NCBI GenBank assembly: GCA_965197745.1
Contig: CBDANS010000007.1
Span: forward strand, 960,001 to 1,024,000
Direction: 5' to 3'
Length of the DNA: 64,000 nucleotides
DNA from: Opitutales bacterium
GTDB lineage: Bacteria > Verrucomicrobiota > Verrucomicrobiia > Opitutales > PNEW01
The stretch's first letter is position 1. Each line of letters opens with the position of its first letter. A program made the translations under genes and the position numbers. This document shows, piece after piece, positions 43,877 through 54,582 of this stretch. A model generated the notes under the pieces. The model was given only the letters and a program-made list of their open reading frames with translations. It did not search any database and was not told the DNA's origin.

Positions 43877-44440
43877 ATGAGATATTTAGGCGACAAGGAG
43901 ATCAGCTTATCAGGCTCGTTGCTGGTTGCTCACCCGGGCTTGATCGATAAGTGCTTTAAGAAATCAGTCGTTCTTGTGTCGCTCCATAATAACGAGGATG
44001 GAGCCTTTGGAGTGGTTATAAATCGTCCCTTAGGTAAAAGCCTGGGTGAATACAAAAAGGATTTTGCTACGGGCTCGCTTGCCGACATACCGCTTTATGA
44101 GGGAGGACCGGTGCACAAGGATCAAATGATTCTTATCGCTTGGAAAATGGGCAACGAAAGCAATGATTTTAAAATTTATTTTGGAATTAATCCTGAAAAA
44201 GCTGAAGAGTTGCGTGAAGAAGATCCTGACCTCGTGCTGCGCGGGTTTCTCGGTTACGCCGGATGGAGCAGCGGTCAGATCGAGAATGAAGTTAAGGAAA
44301 ATGCATGGATCGTGAGCCCTATTGAAGGGGGTATTCTTTTGAAAGAAGACGGTCCCATGCTTTGGGAAAATATTCTTATAAGAATTAGCCCTGAACTGAA
44401 GATCCTCACAGATATGCCTGACGACCTGTCGGCGAATTAG
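43877..44440 (+). CDS. YqgE/AlgH family protein
   Basis: LLVAHP, GAFGVVINRP, GGPV, FLGYAGWSSGQIENE. Confidence 0.92.
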   Translation: MRYLGDKEISLSGSLLVAHPGLIDKCFKKSVVLVSLHNNEDGAFGVVINRPLGKSLGEYKKDFATGSLADIPLYEGGPVHKDQMILIAWKMGNESNDFKIYFGINPEKAEELREEDPDLVLRGFLGYAGWSSGQIENEVKENAWIVSPIEGGILLKEDGPMLWENILIRISPELKILTDMPDDLSAN

Positions 44441-44509
44441 GTTTGAGTATATTTTTTTATCCAGTAATTAGCTGCGTGTTGTAATTTCATGCACCTAAAC
44501 GGATGCGAT

Positions 44510-45155
44510 CCCTGTCTCGTCGTCTTCGTCTGCGTCTTGGTATTCGTCCGTTTTTTTTAATAATTATCATTTCTATAAATAAATGACTTGTTTATAAAAA
44601 ACAGGCTTTTTCTCTAAATAATCATTGACGTAGATGAAGACGATGAGTCAGACGAAGAGATATACTGAATATCTCATATTAATTGCAGAGGGAAAATCTG
44701 AGATTATAGCGCAAATTTCCAAGCGGCCACGACGGAGCGTAGCCCTCCAGATAGAGGACGAAGTGGAGGGCTACGCGTTGTCGTGGCCGTTGTTGAAATA
44801 TCTAATACAAGAGTATAAAATGGTGGGACGCGCGTCGTCGCGGCCGTTTTGCAGCACGATTACGCAATAGGTGGATAATTAGAGGAAAATGCAGTAATCC
44901 TCGTCTTGGTCTTCGTCCCCCAGATGGATTTAGAAAATTATTGCTCCAAATGTTAGGTGGAGCGGGCTGTCCCCAGCACGCTTCTTCAATTACCAATAAA
45001 TAAAACGCGCTAGGTACACGATTCGACTCAGCTCGTCGCAGGACGCGTTCCACCTTATTTTTAAATATGATAACTTGGGAGACGAAGACGAGGAGGCAGA
45101 CCAGTCTTCGCCCCGCGATTGCGGGACTACGCCGTGGCAAGCGCAGACGAAGATT
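44510..45155. repeat. Cluster of REP-like palindromes and GACGAAGACGA repeats
   Basis: Inverted GGAGGGCTACGC pairs 44724-44790; reverse copy of the 28.7/37.6 kb element near 44820-44885; GGTGGAGCG/GGTGGAACG pair 44956-45054. Confidence 0.8.
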
Positions 45156-45296
45156 ATTACATTTTAAAATACCCACCCTACCTCTTCGTGGACTCTCTAA
45201 GCCTATAGCCCTATAATTCAGCATTGCGTCCTTATTGAATTATAATTGACACATGATAAAGAATGGGATTTTTTATCGATCTTATTTATTTCTGCA

Positions 45297-45422
45297 ATGA
45301 AGGTAGTATCGTCACTTAAGACACTGAAGAGTAGACATCCGGACTGCAAGGTGGTGCGCCGGCGCGGACGGATCTATGTTATTTGTAAATCAAATCCCCG
45401 TTTCAAAGCGAGACAAGGGTAG
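45297..45422 (+). CDS. rpmJ: 50S ribosomal protein L36, type B
   Basis: Manual translation [41 protein letters not shown]. Confidence 0.95.
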   Translation: MKVVSSLKTLKSRHPDCKVVRRRGRIYVICKSNPRFKARQG

Positions 45423-45440
45423 CATAAGTAAAATCCAGCA

Positions 45441-45698
45441 GTGAAAAAAAGTATCCATCCAGAATTACATCCCGTCTGCTTTGTTGATGTTTCGAGCGGT
45501 AAAAAATTTCTTACCCAATCAACAATTAAGTCTAAAAAGACAGAAGTCATTGATGGAGTAGAATACCATGTATTTATGAGGGAAGTGACATCTGATTCTC
45601 ATCCCGCATTTACGGGAGAAAAACGTTTTGTCGACACTGCGGGTCGTGTAGAAAAGTTTAAGACAAAATTTCGTCGCAGCGCTGATCAGAAGAAATAA
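45441..45698 (+). CDS. rpmE: 50S ribosomal protein L31, type B
   Basis: MKKSIHP..EVTSDSHPAFTG..VDTAGRVEKF; no CxC/CxxC zinc motifs. Confidence 0.95.
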   Translation: MKKSIHPELHPVCFVDVSSGKKFLTQSTIKSKKTEVIDGVEYHVFMREVTSDSHPAFTGEKRFVDTAGRVEKFKTKFRRSADQKK

Positions 45699-45721
45699 GA
45701 AAAATCGCGGAGCAATTTTCT

Positions 45722-45865
45722 GTTTTAAGTTTTAGGTGTGAGGTTTTAAGCGAAGAGCTTAAAGAGAAGATATTGGCATTAGCCCTGACAGATAGGGCAT
45801 TTCGACTTTTCAGATTTGACGCAATCTCTTTACCTAAAACTTAACACCTAACACTTAAAACTTAA
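45722..45865. repeat. Inverted heptamer-repeat element
   Basis: Same family as 30206-30310 (shares TTTTAAGCGAAGAGCTTA and TCTTTACCTAAAAC). Confidence 0.85.
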
Positions 45866-45877
45866 GCCATAGATGGC

Positions 45878-47095
45878 TTAAAAGGTATGAACAAATAAGC
45901 CGGACCGTAGTTTTGGTTCAAACCAGGTGCTTTTTGGAGGCATTATTCTATCAGCATCAGCAATGGCCATGAGCTGATTGACGGTTACCGGATGGAGAGA
46001 AAATGCGACGGTCGATTCATCATCATCGACTTTTCTTTCGAGTTCCCCGGTTCCCCGAATGCCGCCCACAAAATCAACTCGCGGGTTTGTGCGATGATCA
46101 TCAATAGCGAGTAATGGTTCCAGAATCATATCCTGTAGAATACTCACATCGAGGCTGGAAACAGGATCATCCGAAAGCGCTGAATCAAAAACTATGCGGT
46201 ACCAAGTTCCATTCAGGTAGATGCAGACCTTTCCCGACTCCCCGGGCATTGAATCAACATTATCCTCAACGGAATAAATTGCTTTGATGCGCTCTAGAAA
46301 CTCTGAACTGCTCATTCCATTTAAATCCAGTACCACCCGGTTGTAGGAAAGTATATTCATTTGGGACGCGGGGAAAAGCACACAGAGAAACCAGTTATAT
46401 TCCTCATCTCCCTTGTGATTTGGATTATTTTCACGCAACATGCGTCCCACACGCGCCGCACTGGCACTGCGATGATGTCCATCTGCTACATAAAAATGGG
46501 GCACTGTTTTAAAGGCATTATAAATAGTATCATTTTCAAGTATTCGCCAGACGGTGTGACGTACTCCATCTTCGGTCTTAATATCATAAAGGGGGATTTC
46601 CGATACTAATTCCTCGACGTGATCATGAATCTCCCCGCTGTCACGATAAGTGAGAAATACCGGCCCGGCATTGGCGCGAAGGGTAGCGGTTAACCGCGTG
46701 CGATCATCTTCTTTTTGAGGTCGGGTATTTTCATGTTTCTTGATCAAATTATTTTCGTAATCGTCAATATGGCACAAGGCCGTTATTCCACGCTGTCGAT
46801 GTTCTCCCATTTCCTGTTGGTAAAGGTAGAAACAGGGTTCCGGTTCACGTAATAGATAGCCATCTTTCTGAAATCGTTGAAAATTTATCAATGCTTGTTC
46901 ATATACTTCGTCGGCGTAGGGATCAGTGTTTTCCGGAAGATCGACCTCGGCACGCACGACATGCAGCATACTCAGGGGATTATTGACGGTTAAGGATCGC
47001 GCTTCTTCCACCGTCACCACGTCATAAGGTAAGGAGGCAACTTTTTCGACAACATTTATGGCAGGGCAAAGACCCTGAAATGCACGTATGCGCAT
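45878..47095 (-). CDS. DUF1015 family protein
   Basis: ASLPYDV, IKKHENTR, YVADGHHR, MPPKSTWFEPKLRSGL. Confidence 0.9.
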   Translation of the reverse strand: MRIRAFQGLCPAINVVEKVASLPYDVVTVEEARSLTVNNPLSMLHVVRAEVDLPENTDPYADEVYEQALINFQRFQKDGYLLREPEPCFYLYQQEMGEHRQRGITALCHIDDYENNLIKKHENTRPQKEDDRTRLTATLRANAGPVFLTYRDSGEIHDHVEELVSEIPLYDIKTEDGVRHTVWRILENDTIYNAFKTVPHFYVADGHHRSASAARVGRMLRENNPNHKGDEEYNWFLCVLFPASQMNILSYNRVVLDLNGMSSSEFLERIKAIYSVEDNVDSMPGESGKVCIYLNGTWYRIVFDSALSDDPVSSLDVSILQDMILEPLLAIDDHRTNPRVDFVGGIRGTGELERKVDDDESTVAFSLHPVTVNQLMAIADADRIMPPKSTWFEPKLRSGLFVHTF

Positions 47096-47236
47096 GGTTC
47101 GGCGAACGCATCATATCTGGCCGATGATAGCAAGTAATATACACAAATTTCACAGCGTTGCGCGGTTTTGCTTTAAAGGGTAAATCATTAACTTTTTTTT
47201 CTTGCTCTTGCCTAACTGTGTTGCTTGATCGTTTAA

Positions 47237-47737
47237 ATGCCATACGGTAATGGAGGCGTTTGGAAATACGGGGGTAGTTTATTTATCACATTATTATTCG
47301 TCTGGTTGCTCTGGTCCGGCCATTATACATTATTACTTCTCTCATTCGGACTTTTCTCATGCCTAGCGGTGGTCGCTATCGCCATAAAGATGAAGGTAGC
47401 CGATCCGGAAGGGCACCCGGTCCACCTTTTAGGAGGAGCTATTGTTTACATACCCTGGTTGCTATTGGAAATTACGAAGGCGAACATTGATGTTACGCGT
47501 ATTATTTTAAATCCTAAACTCCCGATCAATCCGACGGTGATAAATGTAAATACCTCTCAAAAGAGTGCATTGGGGCAAGTGATCTATGCCAATTCTATTA
47601 CCCTGACGCCTGGAACCGTATCCGTTGATATCTCGAATAATGTCATCACGGTACATGCCCTCAGCGATAAGAGCGCGAATGATCTACAGACGGGCGTGAT
47701 GGACCGGCGAGTGACAAAGATGGAGGGAGAGAGCTGA
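47237..47737 (+). CDS. mrpE: Mrp Na+/H+ antiporter subunit E
   Basis: ANIDV, ANSITLTPGT, VHAL. Confidence 0.9.
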   Translation: MPYGNGGVWKYGGSLFITLLFVWLLWSGHYTLLLLSFGLFSCLAVVAIAIKMKVADPEGHPVHLLGGAIVYIPWLLLEITKANIDVTRIILNPKLPINPTVINVNTSQKSALGQVIYANSITLTPGTVSVDISNNVITVHALSDKSANDLQTGVMDRRVTKMEGES

Positions 47738-48024
47738 TGTTAGTCATGGCCATGATTGCCATCCTCGTGACAATGGTCTTAGCGCTATTGCGCGCTTTTT
47801 TTGGACCGACTGTCTATGACCGGATTTTAGCGGTAAACATGTTTGGAACCAAAACGGTTCTCCTCATTTCGGTAATCGGGTTTCTTCGTGGGAGGCCTGA
47901 CTTTCTTGATCTTGCATTAATTTATGTCCTCATAAATTTCATCGGGACCCTGGCGATTCTCAAATTTGTAGAACACGGAAATTTCGCCACCGCTGGTGGT
48001 GACAATGAAAGTGCTGAAGTGTAA
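47737..48024 (+). CDS. mrpF: Mrp antiporter subunit F
   Basis: GPTVYDRILAVN, three TM segments. Confidence 0.9.
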   Translation: MLVMAMIAILVTMVLALLRAFFGPTVYDRILAVNMFGTKTVLLISVIGFLRGRPDFLDLALIYVLINFIGTLAILKFVEHGNFATAGGDNESAEV

Positions 48025-48344
48025 TGACCCTGTTTATTGAAATTATCAACTGGGCTTTTCTTCTTCTCGGGGCGTTTTTTTGCGTGGTAGGAGGGGTGGG
48101 GCTTTTACGACTACCGGATTTTTACAGCCGGATGCACGGCAGCGGCATAACGGATACACTGGGGGCCGGGCTGATCCTTATCGGTTTAATGGTCCAATCG
48201 GGGATAAACCTGGTGACCGTAAAGCTCATAATAATCGTCATCTTTCTTTTATTATCCAGTCCAACCGCGACGCATGCCATTGCCAAGGCGGCTTATGGTT
48301 CGGGAATAAAACCCTGGGTTAAAGACAAGGACCCCCAGCCATGA
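48024..48344 (+). CDS. mrpG: Mrp antiporter subunit G
   Basis: GLLRLPDFYSRMH, PTATHAIAKAA. Confidence 0.92.
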   Translation: MTLFIEIINWAFLLLGAFFCVVGGVGLLRLPDFYSRMHGSGITDTLGAGLILIGLMVQSGINLVTVKLIIIVIFLLLSSPTATHAIAKAAYGSGIKPWVKDKDPQP

Positions 48345-48883
48345 TTCAGATTTTCGACATATTATTATTAACCTTTATGGTAACCATAGCGGTTACTGTT
48401 GTCCGTCTGCACAATCTCTTAGCCGCCGTAGTGCTCACTGGTATATACAGTCTTCTCTCGGCTTCCATCTTTGTCATTCTTGATGCTGTTGATGTCGCTT
48501 TCACAGAAGCCGCGGTCGGAGCGGGTATCGCAACTATCCTCATGCTCGGAACCCTGGCGCTGACGACGACTGAAGAAAAGGTATCGAAAAACAAGTCAAT
48601 CATTCCACTTCTGGTAGTGCTTATTACAGGGGCCATGCTCATCTACGCCACCTTCGACATGCCTTTATATGGAGATCCAAAAGCACCTATTCATCAGCAT
48701 GTGGCGCCACGTTATATTGTAGAATCGCCCTTTGAAATCGGCGTTCCCAACATGGTGACTTCGGTTCTCGCGAGTTACCGGGGATATGATACCTTAGGCG
48801 AGGTGACCGTTATTTTTACAGCGGGCATCGGGGTGATGCTTTTACTCGGCAGTTCCGGAAAAGGTAATGACAAGGAGGATTGA
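48341..48883 (+). CDS. Mrp subunit equivalent to MrpA C-terminal part (DUF4040/MnhB-related)
   Basis: DVAFTEAAVGAG, NMVTSVLASYRGYDTLGE. Confidence 0.88.
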   Translation: MIQIFDILLLTFMVTIAVTVVRLHNLLAAVVLTGIYSLLSASIFVILDAVDVAFTEAAVGAGIATILMLGTLALTTTEEKVSKNKSIIPLLVVLITGAMLIYATFDMPLYGDPKAPIHQHVAPRYIVESPFEIGVPNMVTSVLASYRGYDTLGEVTVIFTAGIGVMLLLGSSGKGNDKED

Positions 48884-48886
48884 GCA

Positions 48887-49306
48887 ATGAAAGATCAAAT
48901 CATCCTTCGCGTTATGGCCAAAGTATTTATCCCATTTATTTTACTTTTTGCCCTTTATGTCCAATTTCACGGGGATTACGGTCCCGGGGGAGGTTTCCAG
49001 GCAGGGGTAATATTTGCGGCAGCTTTCATTCTTTATACTATTATTTTTGGTCTCGAAACGGCTGAAAAAACAGCGAAACCAGCCATCGTTCGCGTATTAG
49101 TACCGGGCGGGGTTCTGCTCTATGCCGGTACTGGAATTATGGGGCTTTTACTGGGTGGCAATTTCCTCGAATACGGTGTCTTGCAGCACGATCCTGTGCA
49201 TGGTCAGTACCTGGGCATCCTCGTGATTGAATTGGGGGTAGGGATTACGGTGGCATCAGTTATGATAACTATATTTTTCTCATTCGCGGGAAGAGGACGA
49301 CAATAA
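48887..49306 (+). CDS. mrpB: Mrp antiporter subunit B
   Basis: HGDYGPGGGFQAG. Confidence 0.9.
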   Translation: MKDQIILRVMAKVFIPFILLFALYVQFHGDYGPGGGFQAGVIFAAAFILYTIIFGLETAEKTAKPAIVRVLVPGGVLLYAGTGIMGLLLGGNFLEYGVLQHDPVHGQYLGILVIELGVGITVASVMITIFFSFAGRGRQ

Positions 49307-49659
49307 TGCGCTTCATTGGCCTATATAATTACTGGATTGTCATTTTTCTGATGATGGCAGGGTTTTATATTGTTATTTCCTCAGGCAACCTGATTAAGAA
49401 GATCATTGGCCTTAATATTTTTCAGGTTTCCGTATTCCTGCTTTATATCAGCATGGGAAAGATAATTGGAGGGACCGCTCCAATCGTGGTAGAGGGGGCC
49501 TCCCTCTATTCTAATCCTTTGCCTCATGTTCTTATCCTTACCGCAATCGTCGTCGGGGTTGCAACAACTGCGCTTGGCCTGGCATTAGTAGTGCGGATTA
49601 AAGAAGCCTATGGAACGATCGAAGATGATGAAATTCACGAACAGGATGAAGCACTGTGA
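49306..49659 (+). CDS. mrpC: Mrp antiporter subunit C
   Basis: NLIKKIIGL, NPLPHVLILTAIVVG. Confidence 0.92.
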   Translation: MRFIGLYNYWIVIFLMMAGFYIVISSGNLIKKIIGLNIFQVSVFLLYISMGKIIGGTAPIVVEGASLYSNPLPHVLILTAIVVGVATTALGLALVVRIKEAYGTIEDDEIHEQDEAL

Positions 49660-51134
49660 TCGAGCATCTACCCATCCTGCAAATTGTCATACCGCTCACC
49701 GCGGCTCCCCTCTGTGTCATCCTGCGCCAGAAAACAGTGGTATGGGTATTTGCTTTCATCGTCAGTCTCGTATCGCTTGCAGTATCGATTTCACTTTTAT
49801 TGAGTGTCCTTGAGCAGGGCACCCTCAGTTACGCATTGGGCGGCTGGATTGCTCCCTGGGGAATTGAAATTCGAATCGACGTCGTTAATGCCTATGTCCT
49901 TTTACTTGTAGCGGTCATTGGTGCGGTCGTGCTTCTTTACGCGCGCTCGAGTGTGGCTGATGAGATCCCCCCGGAGCAACACCACCTGTTTTACACCGCC
50001 ACCCTTCTATGCTTGACCGGGCTCTTCGGGATTACCCTTACCGGAGATGCGTTCAATCTGTTCGTCTTCCTGGAAATTTCATCCCTCTCTTCCTATACTT
50101 TGATCAGTCTGGGAAATGACCGGCGCGCATTAACGGCGGCCTATCAGTATTTAGTGTTGGGAACGATTGGCGCTACTTTCATCCTTATTGGAATCGGGCT
50201 TCTCTATATGGTGACGGGAACGCTGAACATGGCTGATCTCGCGATCCGACTGGAAGATATTAATAATTCGCGCACCGTTATAGCGGCACTTGCCTTCTTC
50301 AGTGTTGGCGTGAGTTTAAAGCTGGCGCTTTTCCCCCTGCATATGTGGCTTCCCAATGCATACGCCCATGCGCCATCCGTGGTGACTGCATTTCTCGCAG
50401 CTACCGCTACCAAAGTATCAATATACATCCTTCTCAGGTTTGTTTTTTCTATTTTCGGAAAAGAATTTTCATTCGAAACAATGAGGTTAGACGCGGTTTT
50501 AATGCCCCTGTCTCTTATCGGTATTGTTGTCGCATCGACGGTTGCCGTCTTTCAAAACAATATTAAACGGATGCTTGCTTATTCCAGCGTAGCGCAAGTC
50601 GGTTACATGATTCTTGGCATCAGTTTTAATTCGTTGAACGGTCTCACGGGTGGGATCGTGCATCTATTTAATCATGCCCTTATGAAAGGTGCGTTGTTTC
50701 TCGTTATGGGCGGTATCGCACTGCGCCTTGGATCGGTCAATCTCGATGCTATGCGCGGATTGGGCCGGCGTATGCCTGTAACGATGGCAGCTTTTACCAT
50801 TGGTGGGCTCAGTCTGATCGGGGTTCCCTTAACGGTTGGATTTATCAGCAAATGGTATCTCGTTCTCGCAGCTATAGAGCAGGGAATGTGGCCCATCGCG
50901 GTTATAGTCCTTTTTGGATCCTTACTTGCCGTGATCTATATCTGGCGCGTTGTCGAAGCAGCTTATTTTCAGAAACCGGTTGGGAATGCTGATGAAATTA
51001 AAGAAGTGCCACCTGCCATGCAGTTTTCGATTTGGATACTGATCAGTGCGACACTCATTTTTGGAATCTATACTTCATTAACCGCGGGTGTCGCCGAGCG
51101 GGCGGCCATGATGTTATTGGGAAATACACCGTGA
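49656..51134 (+). CDS. mrpD: Mrp antiporter subunit D
   Basis: GDAFNLFVFLEI, KLALFPLHMWLPNAY, KRMLAYSS. Confidence 0.92.
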   Translation: MIEHLPILQIVIPLTAAPLCVILRQKTVVWVFAFIVSLVSLAVSISLLLSVLEQGTLSYALGGWIAPWGIEIRIDVVNAYVLLLVAVIGAVVLLYARSSVADEIPPEQHHLFYTATLLCLTGLFGITLTGDAFNLFVFLEISSLSSYTLISLGNDRRALTAAYQYLVLGTIGATFILIGIGLLYMVTGTLNMADLAIRLEDINNSRTVIAALAFFSVGVSLKLALFPLHMWLPNAYAHAPSVVTAFLAATATKVSIYILLRFVFSIFGKEFSFETMRLDAVLMPLSLIGIVVASTVAVFQNNIKRMLAYSSVAQVGYMILGISFNSLNGLTGGIVHLFNHALMKGALFLVMGGIALRLGSVNLDAMRGLGRRMPVTMAAFTIGGLSLIGVPLTVGFISKWYLVLAAIEQGMWPIAVIVLFGSLLAVIYIWRVVEAAYFQKPVGNADEIKEVPPAMQFSIWILISATLIFGIYTSLTAGVAERAAMMLLGNTP

Positions 51135-52594
51135 GTGCATCAATTATTGTTTTTGCCGTCGTTTTTATCCCATTGATCGGGGCCCCTGTTATTGTCCTGC
51201 TCGGGCAACGCCCCAATCTTCGTGAAGCCGCAACTTTAGTGACCGGCGTGATCGTATTTTCCCTTGTTCTCACCCTGGTTCCTGGAGTAGTGGACGGGGG
51301 AAGACCGAGGTCAGAATTATTAGCTATTTTGCCTGGTTTATCCCTGGCCTTTGAAGTCGAACCCCTCGGTATGATCTTTGCCCTTGTTGCATCAGGGCTG
51401 TGGATAGTGACCTCTATTTACTCTATCGGCTATATGCGCGGGCATCATGAAGAAAACCAGACGCGCTTTTATTTTTATTTCGCGGTGGCCATCACGGCAG
51501 CCCTGGGGGTGGCTTTTTCAGCTAATTTACTTACTTTATTCATATTCTATGAAATGTTGACTTTATCAACTTATCCCCTCGTTACCCATCATGGTACAGA
51601 GAAAGCGATGCACGGGGGCCGTGTTTATTTTGGGATATTGATCAGCACTTCCATTATGTTCCTCCTCCTTGCTATAGTGTGGACATGGAACCTTACAGGG
51701 ACTCTCGATTTTACAACGGGTGGAATCCTGGCCGGCAAAGCGAGCAACGGGGTCCTTGGAGTATTACTTGCTCTTTATGCATTTGGGACGGGTAAGGCGG
51801 CTCTTATGCCCTTTCATCGATGGCTTCCGGCAGCCATGGTAGCGCCAACACCGGTGAGCGCTTTATTACATGCCGTTGCGGTGGTTAAGGCAGGCGTATT
51901 TACGGTGATGAAAATCATCGTTTATATCTTTGGTCTCGATTTGTTAGGCAGCGCGAATCTTAGCGTCTGGTTGGTTTATGTTACCTCTGCTACTATCCTC
52001 ATCGCATCGCTCATCGCTCTAACCAAAGACAATCTCAAGGCGCGACTTGCTTATTCCACTGTCAGTCAACTGTCCTATATTGTCCTCGGAGCTGCTTTGG
52101 CTAACAGTTATGGGGTAATTGGTGGCAGTATGCATATCGCGACGCACGCTTTTGGAAAAATAACTTTGTTTTTTTGTGCGGGAGCGATTCTCGTGGCGTC
52201 CCATAAGACTGAAATCAGTGATATGAAAGGGATCGGTCGCCAAATGCCTTTTACGATGTTTGCTTTTTTAATTGGTTCCTTGAGCATAATCGGATTACCC
52301 CCCTTTGCGGGAACATGGAGTAAGTGGTACCTTGTTCTCGGCGCTCTGGATGCGAATCATATATTGGTAGTCGTGGTGCTCATCATCAGCTCACTGCTGA
52401 ATATAGCATACCTGATACCCATCGTCGTAAATGCATTCATCGTCCCTGAAGGAGAAAACGGAGATAAGCATGAGATTAGAGAGGCACCGGTAGCTTGTAT
52501 CATACCCATGCTCCTAACTGCTGCCGGTTGTTTAATAATATTCATATATTCCGAGCCCCTCTTAGAGCTGACGCTCAAAATTATAAGATTATAA
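51131..52594 (+). CDS. MrpD/MrpA-like proton-conducting membrane subunit
   Basis: PFHRWLPAAMVAPTPVSALLHAVAVVKAG; GTG start overlapping the previous stop preferred over 51032. Confidence 0.9.
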   Translation: MSASIIVFAVVFIPLIGAPVIVLLGQRPNLREAATLVTGVIVFSLVLTLVPGVVDGGRPRSELLAILPGLSLAFEVEPLGMIFALVASGLWIVTSIYSIGYMRGHHEENQTRFYFYFAVAITAALGVAFSANLLTLFIFYEMLTLSTYPLVTHHGTEKAMHGGRVYFGILISTSIMFLLLAIVWTWNLTGTLDFTTGGILAGKASNGVLGVLLALYAFGTGKAALMPFHRWLPAAMVAPTPVSALLHAVAVVKAGVFTVMKIIVYIFGLDLLGSANLSVWLVYVTSATILIASLIALTKDNLKARLAYSTVSQLSYIVLGAALANSYGVIGGSMHIATHAFGKITLFFCAGAILVASHKTEISDMKGIGRQMPFTMFAFLIGSLSIIGLPPFAGTWSKWYLVLGALDANHILVVVVLIISSLLNIAYLIPIVVNAFIVPEGENGDKHEIREAPVACIIPMLLTAAGCLIIFIYSEPLLELTLKIIRL

Positions 52595-52595
52595 A

Positions 52596-52904
52596 ATGGA
52601 AACGCCCCCTGATAGTCTTTCACAACCTGAGAGCAATAGCACGGATACGAAGAATAAGCATATCTTTGACAATTCTCGAAACGTCAAACGATTGATTAGA
52701 GGTTTTTTCATAGTCTGCTTTTTCTTATTCATCCTGGACTTTATAATCCATCGCCACCTGAGTTTCGAGGAAGACAGTTTTCCGGTTGAGGGATGGTACG
52801 GTTTTTATTCTGTCTACGGTTTTGTCGCTTGTGTCCTTCTTGTCTTAGCGGCCAAGCTGATGCGCAAAGTATTAATGCGAAAGGAAGATTATTATGAGCA
52901 TTAA
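52596..52904 (+). CDS. Small two-TM protein within the mrp operon
   Basis: FYSVYGFVACVLLV..RKEDYYE; tightly packed in the operon. Confidence 0.8.
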   Translation: METPPDSLSQPESNSTDTKNKHIFDNSRNVKRLIRGFFIVCFFLFILDFIIHRHLSFEEDSFPVEGWYGFYSVYGFVACVLLVLAAKLMRKVLMRKEDYYEH

Positions 52905-54582
52905 TCTTCATCCCGCTTTTTTCTTACTGCTCGGTGGCTTATTCTTACCCTTGTTCAGGGGGAGAGTACGGCAAGCACTCCTTATCATCTTACCCATCCT
53001 CGGATTTTTAAATTTGTTGAGTCATGAAGATGGCAGTTTCTGGAGTTTATACTTTGCAGGATATGATCTCCAGGTCTTGCGAGTCGATAAGTTGAGTCTG
53101 CTCTTCGGTTATCTCTTTCACCTCGCGGCATTGCTCGCGGCAATCTACTCATTGCATGTCAAGGACAGTCTCCAGCACATGACCGGCTTAATGTATGCGG
53201 GTAGTGCGGTAGGAGCCGTCTTCGCAGGAGATTTAATCACATTGTTCATCTTCTGGGAAATGCTTGCTATAACTTCAGTATTTCAAATCTGGGCGCGACG
53301 TTCTTCGCGCGCGGTAAGCTCAGGTATTCGTTATTTACTGATTCATGTCACATCCGGTCTGTTATTGCTGGCTGGAGCCGCATACCAGTATCAGAAGACG
53401 GGTTCACTTGTATTCGATCATATGGAGCTCTCAGGTATGGCTTCCTACCTCATATTTTTTGCTTTCGGAATTAAATGCGCCTTCCCCCTATTGCATTCCT
53501 GGCTTGTCGATGGCTACCCGGAGGCGACACCGACCGGTACGGTGTTCCTCGCTTCATTCACGACAAAAACAGCAGTTTATGCACTGGCTCGAGGATTTGA
53601 GGGAACAGAGCAGCTGATATGGATTGGTGCTATAATGACTATGTTTCCGATTTTTTACGCGGTAATCGAAAATGATCTGCGCCGTGTTTTGGGTTACAGC
53701 ATGATCAATCAGATTGGATTTATGGTAGCAGGAATAGGGCTCGGCGCAGGAATGGGGGTCAATGGTGCGGTTGCTCATGCCTTTAATGATGTTATTTTCA
53801 AAGGTTTGCTCTTTATGTCGATGGGCGCAGTTCTCTTTCGCACCGGGAAAATCAATGGTTCTGAACTTGGCGGTCTTTATAAATCGATGCCTTTCACAAC
53901 AGGGTTTTGTGTTGTTGGGGCATCATCCATTTCGGCATTCCCTCTTTTCAGCGGGTTTGTCAGTAAATCGATGGTTATGCAGGCTGCCGCAGATCAGGGT
54001 CACCTCGTCATCTGGTTGATGCTATTATTCGCTTCGGCGGGGGTATTTCATCATGCGGGTATAAAGATTCCCTTTTTTGCCTTTTTCTCCCATGACTCGG
54101 GCATCCGCTGTAAAGAGGCACCTGCCAACATGCTCACCGCGATGTGGTTGGGAGCATTCCTCTGTATCTTTATCGGCTGTTATCCTCAACCCTTATACAA
54201 TTTGTTGCCTTACCCCGTTGAATACATGCCCTATACTGCGACCCATGTGCTGTTACAATTGCAACTGTTGTTTTTCTCCGCTTTGGCATTCGTTTTTTTA
54301 AAATTATCGGGTATTTATCCACCCGAACTCAGGTCGGTAAATATAGATATTGACCTGATTTATCGCCGTCTTTTACCACGAGGCGTGGGCGCTGTTATCG
54401 CTATATGTGAACCTATAAGAAGAAATATTTTAAATACCTACCAGGGATATATAAAATGGTTTATTGCGTTTACCCATCGCCATCACGGACCTGAAGGAAT
54501 ATTCGCTCGCACCTGGTTGACCGGCAGTATCGTTCTGATGATAACCATCTTTCTCGCGGCATATCTTATTTATTACTTTTGA
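52894..54582 (+). CDS. Third MrpD-like subunit
   Basis: FPLLHSWLVDGYPEATPTG, ENDLRRVLGYS. Confidence 0.9.
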   Translation: MSINLHPAFFLLLGGLFLPLFRGRVRQALLIILPILGFLNLLSHEDGSFWSLYFAGYDLQVLRVDKLSLLFGYLFHLAALLAAIYSLHVKDSLQHMTGLMYAGSAVGAVFAGDLITLFIFWEMLAITSVFQIWARRSSRAVSSGIRYLLIHVTSGLLLLAGAAYQYQKTGSLVFDHMELSGMASYLIFFAFGIKCAFPLLHSWLVDGYPEATPTGTVFLASFTTKTAVYALARGFEGTEQLIWIGAIMTMFPIFYAVIENDLRRVLGYSMINQIGFMVAGIGLGAGMGVNGAVAHAFNDVIFKGLLFMSMGAVLFRTGKINGSELGGLYKSMPFTTGFCVVGASSISAFPLFSGFVSKSMVMQAAADQGHLVIWLMLLFASAGVFHHAGIKIPFFAFFSHDSGIRCKEAPANMLTAMWLGAFLCIFIGCYPQPLYNLLPYPVEYMPYTATHVLLQLQLLFFSALAFVFLKLSGIYPPELRSVNIDIDLIYRRLLPRGVGAVIAICEPIRRNILNTYQGYIKWFIAFTHRHHGPEGIFARTWLTGSIVLMITIFLAAYLIYYF

